The notes beneath the pieces are model-generated. The model was not told where the DNA came from and ran no database searches. It saw nothing but the letters and a program-made list of their open reading frames with translations. Both the position numbers and the translations under genes were made by a program. From Octopus bimaculoides (taxonomy: Eukaryota), in contig NC_069004.1 in assembly GCF_001194135.2 (NCBI RefSeq), positions 28,091,428 to 28,155,427 on the forward strand: 64,000 nt of DNA. Direction: 5' to 3'. Positions 12,926 through 24,517 of the stretch are shown here, piece after piece (the first letter of the stretch is position 1; every line of letters begins with the position of its first letter).

Positions 12926-13220
12926 GATATGTAGTACAGTAATGAGCAAATGATTAAAAAGTTTGCTTTGCAATTTTGAGCTCCTGAGTGTGATCCCACT
13001 GCATGGCATCTCAGCTCAGTGTCTTGTTTTATTGCAGCAGACCAACTCCAGTCCTTGAGTATGATTGGGTGAAGAAGGACTGTGTCGAAGCCCATTGGAT
13101 GGACAGTGTCTATAAATTAAAGGATTGCCTTGTTTTGTTTCAGTCGCTGGTCTGTGACTGTGCCAGAGCTACATCTAGAACTTACACTCTCTCGGTTACA
13201 AAGATGAGCATTCTTGTTGG

Positions 13221-13360
13221 TCCAGTCAACAGAACAAGCCGGCTTGTGAAATTAATATGCAAGTGGCTGAGCACTCCACAGACACATGTACCCTTAATGT
13301 AGTTCTCAAAGAGATTCAGTGTGACACAGAACATGACAAGGCTGGCCTTTTCAATTATGG
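13221..13360 (-). mobile_element. Family C SINE fragment
   Basis: gtcaacagaacaagccggcttgtgaaattaatatgcaagtggctgagcactccacagacacatgtacccttaatgtagttctc matches 9220-9300. Confidence 0.8.
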
Positions 13361-13442
13361 GTACAACTCATTTTTGCCAGATGAGCTTCACCTAGAAGGG
13401 CATGGGCAATCACTCCAAGCACAGAGATGCTGCGTTTTACAG

Positions 13443-13481
13443 GTTCCAGTTATTTGGAACCCATAGTAAAAGAGGGTCCAA
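13443..13481 (+). CDS. Candidate symmetric exon (phase 1 to 1), GSSYLEPIVKEGP
   Basis: Acceptor tgctgcgttttacag, donor CAA|gtgaga, 39 nt; joins in frame to 10129-10220. Confidence 0.22.
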
Positions 13482-14991
13482 GTGAGAAAAATAAGACAAA
13501 GTAGTGAAGACTGATCTGGAGATGGTGTTAGGGATAAGAAAAAATTTGAAATACTTCGTGTTGCATTGATTTTCTGCATGAAAGTTACATTAAGGGTACA
13601 TTGTACCCTTAATGTACAATGCACCTAGTTTCTGTTGGAATCCGCAGATACTATAATTACATTATTATACATTGAGTAGGGAGCTTGGGTGATTGAGCTA
13701 CTTGAATACTCTTTGAAAAGACTAACAGAGAATCCATGAACATATGCGTATGTGTCAGCATTTAGATATATGTGCATTATATGTATATATATGTGCATTA
13801 TATGTATATATATGTGCACACATACACACACACACAAATGTATATATCTTCATCAACATCATTTCAGTATCCCCTTTTGTATGCCTGCATGGGTCAGATG
13901 GAGTAGGGGCAGCTTTTCTACAGCCAGGTGTCCTCCTTACTGCCAACCCTCATCTGTCTTTAAACAAGGTAATATTTTTCTGTGACCAAACATCTTCTCA
14001 CAGAATACTGGAAATGAATGACTCTGTTTGTATAACAGTGCCAATCATTTACAGCTATTACACAGGGTAGATTCGCACACATAAACATGCATACCTACAT
14101 ATGTATATGACAGGCGTCTTTCAATTTCTTCCTACTAAATCTACTCAAAAGGCTTGTTTGTTTGTTTAAACCTTTGAAAAGACAAACCAGAAATAGCTCT
14201 GTCGCATATTCTCCTTTATCATCAATCCCGTTTTCTTTCCTCTTCTCGCCTCAGCTTCTTTTAGTAGGAATTAGAAAATAATGTAATAAATGCAATAATG
14301 GAGAGTAGCTAGATGATAGCCATAGTAACAACAACAACGACAACAACAGCAATGTTCATTTGTAGGTTGGAACAAATGCTGCACCCTCTTCTGCCCCTGA
14401 CACCCACTGAAATAATACATTTGTTTTCAGCTTTGTTTATTGCATTAACCACTAATCTATTTCTCAGATATCAATGAATTAGTTCCCATGTTGACATTTC
14501 TAGAGCCAGTAAAACACGTTCCTTTCACTGGCTGCAGTTTTTTTCCTTCTGCTACTAGCCATATCTATTATTATGTAATTGGATTTCTATGTTCCACACT
14601 CTTTTATTGCATGTATACATATAGATGGTGATCTTAGATGTTTCTGGAAATACTACAAGCACTCCTTGTTAGGGGCTTATTGGATTCAGCTAATACTTCA
14701 GCTTGCTCAGTAATTTACATGGCTGTATAGCTAACATATTTATCTTGCAAGAGTAGTAATAAATATCTCTATAGTTTTTATACTGCTTCAACATAACATA
14801 TTAGATCTGAAGTTTATGGATTGTAGTTTTGTCTTCCTTTGCCAACAGAACTAGGTTTGGTTATCTTTGATCCAACTAATTTGATATTTTGATATATATT
14901 CGTGTGTGTTATATATATATATATATATATATGCCAGCATGGAAAACGGATGTTAACTGATGATGATGATATACGCACGTATGTGTGTATA

Positions 14992-15048
<57 letters not shown>

Positions 15049-15420
15049 GGTGCAAGCATGGTAAGTTTGTGGTAAGTTTGGTTCCCAACTACATGATTTC
15101 AGGTTCAATCACACTGTGTGACCTTAGGTGTGTTGTGTTCTTGAGCAAAACACTTCATCTCACATTGCTCTCTGATCATTTCAGCATCTGACATGTGGCA
15201 CACTGTCTGCCTATATATATGACAACAGGTGAACCTGTGTAGTTGTCGAATGGTATTCAAGAGATCAGAAAAGGTCACATGGAAGGGATCCACAACAATG
15301 GGAAGACAATTCAGTTAAACAATTTGGGCCAAGATAGAAAAATATAGCACAATTAAGGCAGAGTTGGAAGCGCATTGTGACCAACAGTGTATAACAGTAT
15401 CTGATGGCCTGATCAATACT

Positions 15421-15720
15421 GTAATGTGTGTATGTATGTATATATATTTGTGTGTATGTATATATGTATGTATGTGTATATATATGTGTATATATATATG
15501 TATGTCTATATAAATATGTATGTATATATAAATATGTATGTATATATAAATATGTATATATATATATATATGTATATATATATAAATATGTATGTATATA
15601 TATGTATATATAAATATGTATGTATATATAAGTATGTATGTATATATATATATATGTATATATATATGTATATATAAGTATGTATGTATATATATATATA
15701 TGTATATATATGTATGTATA

Positions 15721-15786
<66 letters not shown>
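15421..15786. repeat. Compound (TA)n/(TATG)n microsatellite
   Basis: Directly visible; source of the IY/YI ORFs. Confidence 0.95.
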
Positions 15787-15791
<5 letters not shown>

Positions 15792-16496
15792 ATAAATGAT
15801 AGAGAAATAGTTTGATGAAATTTTATTTAACAATAAGAAAATTCAAATATCACGAAAAAATTGTGTCGTAATGTAAAAACATGTAAATAATTTATATTAT
15901 TATATTTCTTTTGATAATAAATAAATTACTTACATTAATGCAAAATGAAAAAAAACAAAAACTTTCAAAATAATGCAGAATTTAAGCTACGTCCTCAGGT
16001 GAAAGAAACATGTTTTTGTTGCTGAAGGATCCTGACCACCCCCATGTGACCAAAAGTGGACTAACACATTTCAATAAAATAAAGAACCGTCGGCAGTTGA
16101 CAGTCAGTAGTTGACACTAGTACAGTTGACAATGTTCATCATTCATATTGGATTACTGTATTAGTTTAATATTGTATCTATGTCTGGCATAGTATGGAGA
16201 ACATATTAACTCTATAAAAGGTTATTCTAGATAACCATATCCTAATATTTGTATGGGTAATACTATTCTACACCTTTGTGTATGCCCCACTGTCATCATA
16301 ACATTATTGGTGACATGATATTCAAACACAAAGACATAAGTTTTGTAGAATGACACATTAAGAAACTTTTTTTATGAGCACTATTGGATTACTTGAATTC
16401 ATATATTGTGACTAATATATATATATATATATATATACACAGGGTGGGCAAAAAGTCACACACCAAAACATTTGCTGTTTTATCTGTATTAGTTCA

Positions 16497-16865
16497 TTAT
16501 TACCTCTGCCTTAGCAAAGGCAGAAGTATTGTTTTCAGTCGTATTTGTTTGTCTGTTTGTCCATGGACAGGATATCTCAAGAACTACTGGATGGATTTGG
16601 ATGAAACTGTCAGTGGTGTTTGGCTTCATGACTGGCACAAACTGATTAGATTTTGGGACCCAGTACCAGACAAGGATTCCGAATTGTTTTTCCTGTTTTT
16701 TAACATAAGTTTTGAAAATGGTTGGGTTCACTTTTAATATTCTTGTTTGTGAGAGCATTCAAGTTTATTTCAGGTATTCTCATTTTAAAAATCATCTCCG
16801 GCTAATCGTTGAGAGGACGTTGGTGTTGCCTTGGTGGAGGCTTGCGCTCTCTGAGTGCTCTTGTT
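16497..16865 (+). mobile_element. Helentron-associated non-autonomous element (HINE/DINE-1-like)
   Basis: 5' ttattacctctgcc with hairpin ctctgcc-ttagcaaa-ggcagaag, then gttttcagtcgtatttgtttgtctgtt..atggatttggatgaaact; 3' ttggtggaggcttgcgctctctgagtgctc (subterminal IR plus terminal hairpin). This is the typical HINE architecture. Confidence 0.7.
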
Positions 16866-17018
16866 ATTATTCATTTTGTCCATCATGCTCAAATACATAT
16901 CTATTCATCATTATTATATTTATTTTATTCAATTTTAGAAAAATTGAAGCATGTCTTTGACAGCTCTGAAGCATATTGAACTTATTTTATGCATGACTTG
17001 CATATATATGGCTCACCT

Positions 17019-17054
<36 letters not shown>

Positions 17055-17840
17055 TCTCCTTGCCTTAACAGCCTGTGATATTTGTAAACGATTATCAACA
17101 CTGTGCAAGTAGTGTCCTTCATTTCCAACTTTGTGGAAATATTTCTAATCTGCCTCATGTGAGTATGGGAAAGTTGACGTTAAACTGATGAGCATGATGA
17201 TATATATGTATGTATATTATGTGTGTGTGTGTATATATACACATTATTTAGCTATAAAATTGATAAGGTCAAAGCTAAAATTTGTGTATTTTACTTTTTT
17301 ATATTTTGTATTATTTTGTTGGTATTGTTGTTCTTTAGCACCAGGTTAGCCCAGATCAGATAGACTTACAATCCACTCAGCATTCTGGTTTTGTGCGTAT
17401 GTATGGTAAAAAATGAGGTACCATAGTAAATCTAGAAATCCATTATTCAATGTCACTAGTTATTCCAGATAATAAAAATGCTGTACGTTTAGAGAGATTG
17501 GATTACTATTTCTAGAAGGAACAAACACGGTGCAAGTCCCTTGTTGACATATATTAAGATGGTAGCCATCAATACTTCTGTAGAAGTCATTTTAAAGTCA
17601 GTACTAAATCAGCAACTTGATATGATAGGGTTTTATGTAGTTTTTGTTGATTTTTTTAATCCCAAATATTGTTATAAAACCTAACGTATTTTGTTTATAT
17701 ATTCAGTAGTGATATTAATCATGGAGAAGATTATTTTTTTTAAAACCAATATTTATTTAGTAACTTTTTCCTACTGGTCTTTCTGTTTTGCTTTTTCCAT
17801 TTCTGGTTTCCTTATTTCCTTGCATGCTTTGTTTTATTTA

Positions 17841-17873
<33 letters not shown>

Positions 17874-18585
17874 CTTTTATAAGTAATATTCTAAAAGAAT
17901 ATATAACTGAACTTATGAGCAAATTTTTAATTTTTAATATTTCTAATATTTTGATATTGTATAGGTATATAAAGGGTTCTTAATGCATCTCTGAAGAACA
18001 GAATTACTAATAATAAAATGATCTTTAGATCACTTTGTGACTGTAGTAATATCCGCGAAACGATCGTAAGATATTTTATTCTTTAAACTTTAGGTTTCTT
18101 TATATTTTATATTTTAGAATTTATAATATTCATGCTTATTTATACATAAATTTTTATACATAAATTTTTATACNNNNNNNNNNNNNNNNNNNNNNNNNNN
18201 NNNNNNNNNNNNNNNNNNNNNNNNNNNNNNNNNNNNNNNNNNNNNNNNNNNNNNNNNNNNNNNNNNNNNNNNNNNNNNNNNNNNNNNNNNNNNNNNNNNN
18301 NNNNNNNNNNNNNNNNNNNNNNNNNNNNNNNNNNNNNNNNNNNNNNNNNNNNNNNNNNNNNNNNNNNNNNNNNNNNNNNNNNNNNNNNNNNNNNNNNNNN
18401 NNNNNNNNNNNNNNNNNNNNNNNNNNNNNNNNNNNNNNNNNNNNNNNNNNNNNNNNNNNNNNNNNNNNNNNNNNNNNNNNNNNNNNNNNNNNNNNNNNNN
18501 NNNNNNNNNNNNNNNNNNNNNNNNNNNNNNNNNNNNNNNNNNNNNNNNNNNNNNNTAGTGCTTTAACTGGTTTCAGAGTTTACAC

Positions 18586-18786
18586 TTGCAGCGTGGAAAG
18601 TGTTTATAAGCCATTTAAAATAACACACAAAAACCTTTAGATTCAATTTAAAATTAAATTTAAATTTAAAATTAAATTTAAATTAAAAATTAAATTTAAA
18701 TTTAAAATTAAATTTAAATGTTGAAGTGAATCTAACAGTTTTTGTGTGTTATTTTAAATGGCTTATAAACACCTTCCGTGCTGCAA
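18586..18786. repeat. Inverted repeat with 59-bp arms around an (AAATTT)n-like core
   Basis: 18586-18644 is the reverse complement of 18728-18786 apart from a few substitutions. Confidence 0.9.
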
Positions 18787-19230
18787 TTGTTTTCGTTCCA
18801 GCACACGATCTCAGATCAGGTCACTTGCTATGCAAGTACATCTCCGTAACAGTTTACACTGATTTTCAAAAAGTTCAAATAGAAAGATGTGGCTTATATC
18901 GCAGCTCTCTTGCTTTTGACTAGTGTTTGAAGTTTGCCCTATTTTTATGGGGAGTTCATGGCTCAAATTAGTATATGTCTTGAATAAAATTTGATTGGTG
19001 GAGGATAGTCACATGACTGCATGTCCAAACAATCAATGCTCTGAATGGTTTCTGTCAAGTGTTTGTAAAGAATGAACACATGGTTAAGTTTGTAAGCTTT
19101 TGTACATTTCCCACCCCCGCTACATTCACGCGACAGTATATTTTGTGCCTAGAAACAAATATTGCTTGTTGACAATTTTGGTAAATATCAAACCCATATT
19201 GCTCTCTGTATTTTTATTTCCTTCATTTTT

Positions 19231-19250
19231 CTTCTTCTTCTTCTTCTTCT

Positions 19251-19285
<35 letters not shown>

Positions 19286-19371
19286 TTCTTTTTCTTCTTC
19301 TTTTTCTTCTTCTTCTTCTTCTTCTTCTTCTTCTTCTTCTTCTTCTTCTTCTTCTTCTTCTTCTTCTTCTT

Positions 19372-19402
<31 letters not shown>

Positions 19403-19427
19403 TTATTATTATTATTATTATTATTAT
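19231..19427. repeat. (CTT)n tract of about 170 bp followed by (TTA)n
   Basis: Directly visible; source of the poly-F/L/R ORFs. Confidence 0.97.
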
Positions 19428-19538
19428 AAATGGCGGTGCATCAGCATGGCTGCAGCTCTGAGCTGAAACTACAGCAAAAAAAAATATTATTATTATTATC
19501 ATTATTATTATTATTATCATTATCATTATTATTATCAT

Positions 19539-19575
<37 letters not shown>

Positions 19576-19588
19576 ATTATTATTATTA

Positions 19589-19790
19589 TGGCAGTGAGCT
19601 GGCAGAATCATTAGCACTCCGGGTAAAATGCTTAGCGGTATTTCATCTGTTTTTACGTTCTGAGTTCAAATTCTGCTGGGTTCAACTTTGTCTTTCATCC
19701 TTTTGCAGTTGATAAAAACAAGTACCAACTGAGTACTGGGGTCAGTCTAATTGACTATCTCCCTCCCCCAAAATTTCAGGCCACATCAAA
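19589..19790 (+). mobile_element. Family B SINE
   Basis: ggcagtgagctggcagaatcattagc...gagttcaaattc...tttcatccttttgcagttgataaa after an (ATT)n run. Confidence 0.85.
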
Positions 19791-19920
19791 TATTAGGCAC
19801 TCTTGTGTGTCCCTCCTAAAGGCTACTATATCGGGCCCTTGGTGCTCCAACACCTTGTCTGTCTGAAAGTCAAAGTCCCAGAGGATCTTTGCCTTCCTTT
19901 TTTTTTTTTTTGACCATTAC

Positions 19921-20044
19921 CTTTTTCAGTGTATGTTGGTGCCAAATGCTCGTTACTTTGTATCCATACTTCCAGCACAGCAGCCAGTGAGAATTCTGTG
20001 TTGCCTTTTCGTGTCTGAAGATAAGAAGCTTCAGGCAGCTATGA
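19921..20044 (-). CDS. Candidate minus-strand exon
   Basis: Donor AAG|gtaatg. Acceptor cacattctaccag gives 124 nt (HSCLKLLIFRHEK...). The alternative acceptor tcatag gives 118 nt (LPEASYLQTRKGNTEFSLAAVLEVWIQSNEHLAPTYTEK). No homology recognised. Confidence 0.2.
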
Positions 20045-20471
20045 CTGGTAGAATGTGTGTAGGTGCATACGTGTGTTTGTGTGTGTGAAGAGAGAAAAGA
20101 GAATGGGAGAGACAGAGGAGAAGGAAGGAGGGAGTAGACAGAGAGAGAGAGAAAGAGGGATGAAAAGGAATAGAGGAAGGAGAGAGAAGGAGGGAACAAA
20201 GGGGGAGGGATTGAGAAGGTTGTTATATGTTTCTTTGTTGTGAGGTGAACAGGGCTTGATTGTATTTCTGAATCAGGGCTTCTACAGTCAATCTTTTGGT
20301 CCACTGTACAAAAGAAATGTGATTCAGGAGGGTAATCTATTCATCTTACATATGAATAAGCCTATACTAGACTCACTGTTGTTTCGACAGTGTTGTATTG
20401 TACCACTCTGGGGTCTTCATATCATGTGAAAACTGTGTGTGACTGTGTGTCTGTGTCTGTATATTCATATA

Positions 20472-20635
20472 CAGGTATAGCTGTGTGGTAAGAAGTTTGC
20501 TTCCCAACTACATGGTTCCAGGTTCAGTTGCACTGCATGGCATTTTGGGCAAATGTCTTCTACTATAGCCTCAGACTGACGAAAGCCTTGTGAGTGGATT
20601 TGGTAGAAAGAAACTGAAAGAAGTCTATAGTATGT
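20472..20635 (+). mobile_element. Family A SINE 5' half running into (TG/TA)n
   Basis: gctgtgtggtaagaagtttgcttcccaactacatgg...gtgagtggatttggtagaaagaaactgaaagaag. Confidence 0.8.
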
Positions 20636-21721
20636 GTATGTGTGTTTATATGTGTGTATTTGTTTATATGTATGTGTGTTTACATATGTGTGCGTATGTG
20701 TATGTATATGTGTGTGTTTGTGTTTTTATATATGCGTGTATTTGTTTATAAATGCGTGTGTGTGCGTTTATATAGAGGTGCATATATGTTTGTGTGTGTG
20801 TGTTTATATATGTGTATTTGTTTATATGTGTTTGTGTGTTTAATATACTAGCAAGACCTGTGAATATGTCACAGAATTAATGGTAAACCTGTTGGGTTAT
20901 TTCTGAAAACTTTATCCAAAAAACCTGAAAGCATCACCTGTGATGAGTCTGTATGGAAAGATAGTCATTCATTAGCTACTCATTAAAAGTGAAAAAAATT
21001 GGAATACAATGATTACTTAATTCACTTTATATATACATTTTATATACTTTATGCACAATTTTATAGACTTAATACACAGCACTCATAAAATAAATATTCA
21101 CTCTTATTTTTCCATTTTTCCCATAAATGAAAAAAATATCCTCTACATATGATACAACCTTTAGTTAAATTATATATATCTGCCATGTAAATAAGCATGT
21201 ATATTTCACAGAATTGCTCTTATGCGCATGTGTTAAGTGATAGGGGATATAAAAAAACTTGGTTCAATTTTTTTAAAAATACACTTTTCACTATCCAATC
21301 ACTACCTCCACCATCACCATCTCTCTCTCTCTCCTCCTCTCTCTCTCTCCTCCTCTCACTCTCTCTTTCTCCCCTCTCCCTCTGTCTTTCTTTAACTCCA
21401 CCATCAGAACATCACCCCTCTGCTAAAATTACATTTTTAACTCTCCTCTTCTATATCATCACTACCTTCAACTAACTTTTTTAACCATGTAATAAATATT
21501 TCATTTCCCCCCACCTCATGTCATGGATGCTTCTCTCTTCCTCTTTTTCTCTCTCTTTTTTTTCTTTCTCCTCTCTTTCTCTTCAGCTAATCATGTGAAA
21601 ATGTTACGATTACATTCCTTCTACCTCATGTCATGGATGCTTCTCTCTCCCTCTTTCTCTTTAATCACATGAAAGCATTACCAACAGGCTAAGTAACAGA
21701 ATGAAAAGCAGAATTATCATA

Positions 21722-21759
<38 letters not shown>

Positions 21760-22900
21760 GTGTATGAGTGTGTATGTACATGTGTGTATATATCTATGTG
21801 CATATATGTGTGTGTTTTTGTGTTTGTGTGTAAATGGTAGAAGAAAGAAAATAGAGGCAGAAGACTTCTCAAATTTAGTGGCAAATAAAGACGAATAAGA
21901 TAAATTTGGATAAGTAAAGAAGTGAGGAAATTGTGTTATTTGATCTTATGTTGTTCACTGAACAAAAAAAAAAAAAAACAGGAATAAAGTTGTTTTATAA
22001 GTGTAAAAACTGTGTTTCAATTGGTTAAAATCATAGGATCTTAGGAGGAAGCGATTGTGGTGAATTAGTCCAGGATGTGACTCGAATAAAAGTAGTATTT
22101 CTGAAATTTTATTAGTTTCTTGTCCTTTCACTTCAATGATCAATAGAATGTAGTATGTCAATGGAAAAGAATGAGCATGCCTGTTGTCTGTGGTGCCAAC
22201 AAAGGAGCTTCTATGTGGTGACTTGTTGTCCTATAAATAGAAGCTAAATTTCACTACTGTCTTAACCTTATGCCTGTGTAAAGCATTTTCACCAGTTTGA
22301 CCTAAACATCCATACTTGCTTTGAGACTTCTAGTGAGCCCGTGTTTCATTCGCCCCGAGTAATATAAAGCTTTCCTTTTATAAGTCCCGAGGTGCTCTGG
22401 TGGTTGAAAAAAAATCAGTAATGTGTATCACATATGATACGTGAATGCCAGGGAAATATGTCCTGCCTGTCCAAAGCATTTTCATAAGTTTGTTTTAAAC
22501 ATCCATGCTTGCTTTTCAGACTTTTGGTTAGCCCTAAAGCTTTCTTTTCATAAGTTCCAAGGTGTATCATATGTGATGCATGGATACCAGGGAAATATCT
22601 CCTGTATATCACATGTGATACACAGGATAGGCAAAGGGTTAATTGGCAAAACATGATTAGGATTGTGTGTTTGTGGATGTACAAGTGTCTGGAAAGAGAC
22701 AGGATGGTAATGACTTGTATGACTTTAGTCAGATGTCTCATCGGTTCTGAATGATCTGCCACTAAACAGCAACTACTACAGAGGCATTAGTTGTAGAAAT
22801 GAAGTACTGTGTTTGATGGTGTAAAAGATGCGTCGGCATATTAGACGCACCTTAATTTCTGTGGCACATATTCAGGTAGAGAATTTCTTAGTGCAATTAA

Positions 22901-23119
22901 CACTTTAGCATTTAAACCAGCCCCATCCAACCAAAATATTCTGCCTGTTTTATGTTCACACTGGCCAGATCCAGCCTCTTGCACCTACCCTACAATGTCA
23001 TTTTAAAAATAAACAATCACGTCATTGAAATCTCAAAGCTATGAGATAATGCATAATTAATTCAAAACAATGTGAATAAATAAGTATTACATTTGACAAA
23101 GTAATCTGAATATTAAGGG
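22901..23119 (+). mobile_element. piggyBac-type MITE, copy 1
   Basis: ttaa|cactttagca ... tattaaggg|ttta; degenerate CCCTTT/AAAGGG termini with a TTAA-type target site. Confidence 0.7.
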
Positions 23120-23123
23120 TTTA

Positions 23124-23350
23124 CCCTTTAGCTCAGCTCTCAGACTGGTCATATCCAGCCCAAATATTCTACCTGTTTTATGTTCAAAACAAGCCAGATC
23201 CGACCTCTCACACTTACCCTACAATGTTATTCTAAGAAGAAACTTTTCACACCATCAAAATCTCAAAGCTATGAGATAATGCGTGGTTAATTAGAAACAA
23301 TGTTAACGAATAAACATTGAATTTGACAGAATAATGTGAATGGTAAAGGA
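23124..23350 (+). mobile_element. piggyBac-type MITE, copy 2
   Basis: ttta|ccctttagc ... ggtaaagga|ttaa; co-linear with copy 1 (caaatattctacctgttttatgttc, aaatctcaaagctatgagataatgc). Confidence 0.7.
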
Positions 23351-24475
23351 TTAAAGAAATATAGGCCCTAACTTCACACAAATAGGAAGGGCATCCTGTC
23401 ACAGATCTGCAGCATTTTGGATGTTGTCAAACCATCCAACCCATGCTAGCATGGAAAACAAACATTGAATGGTGATGATATAAAGATAATGGAGATAGGT
23501 ATAAGAGGATGAGAGAAAGACAAATTACAGAAAAGTTCACGCTAAGTATCAGTTATAAAAGCAGTGATTGGATGAGATCCGAAGGAGTTTACATATGAAG
23601 CAGACAATAAAATCACAGTCACTGTTCTTCTTCTGACAAGTTGTATTTTAGAAAAACAATGGTTCTACCTTTTTTAAGGCATTTGTTCTATCCTTGTGTT
23701 TCAAACTTAATAATGATTGGTGTTGCTTCTTCTTTAAGGAATCTTGTGGCCAAAGAGGTTTACACTGTCACCCACCCTTAAAACACAAGCAACACTAAGA
23801 TTTTTTTTTTCTGGTTTCTAAGTTATAAGCCCCTCACTTGCAGAAACTTGAGAGACTCCTCTCACGAAATAACATTTGTCGGTGAAAAGGGGGGAGGTTA
23901 AAGACTCATAAAACAAACAAATTTTTGGGTAGAATTTTTTTTTTTGTTTTTTACAATTTACAAATGATTCTTCTTTGACATGAAGAAGGTCATCCAGCTG
24001 TACAAACCATTCCAAAGCAGACACTGGAGCATGATGTAGTTCTTTGGCCCCCTCCACCCCACCCTCCTCATCACATCCTGTAAAATCATCCAATCCATGC
24101 CAGCATGGAACATGGGCATTAAAATAATCACGATGATTCAGTTAAATCCAACGTAGCACTTAGTTCATATTTTATTTAATAGAACACAGAAGAATGAAAG
24201 GTCAGCTTGCAGGAGATGGAAAGACGAAGTTGATCTTGTTGGAATTTGAGTTCAAAACCTAAAGAGTTGGAACTAAAAACACAACATCTTTTATCTGACG
24301 CTTTAATTATTCTACCAGCCTGCCAGTCTTCTGTTATACTCTTGGACTAATAATATCTGATAACTGCAATAAGAGGTATTTTCCAAAAAACCAAAGAAAT
24401 CTATTGATCAAGAGAAGACTTTTAATTAAGAATATCCCATGCTGTTTAGTGGAATATTAGAAAAAGATTGGTCAG

Positions 24476-24517
<42 letters not shown>

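Noticed and set aside
16436-16465. Tc1/mariner-like terminus tacacagggtgggcaaaaagtcac
   Set aside because: No matching second TIR found; too short to call an element.
19231-19400. (CTT)n tract as a special functional element
   Set aside because: It could form triplex DNA, but long trinucleotide tracts are ordinary in this genome and nothing else here supports a function.
23818-24093. 91-aa ORF MDDFTGCDEEGG...
   Set aside because: Antisense of a degenerate family D retroposon tail.
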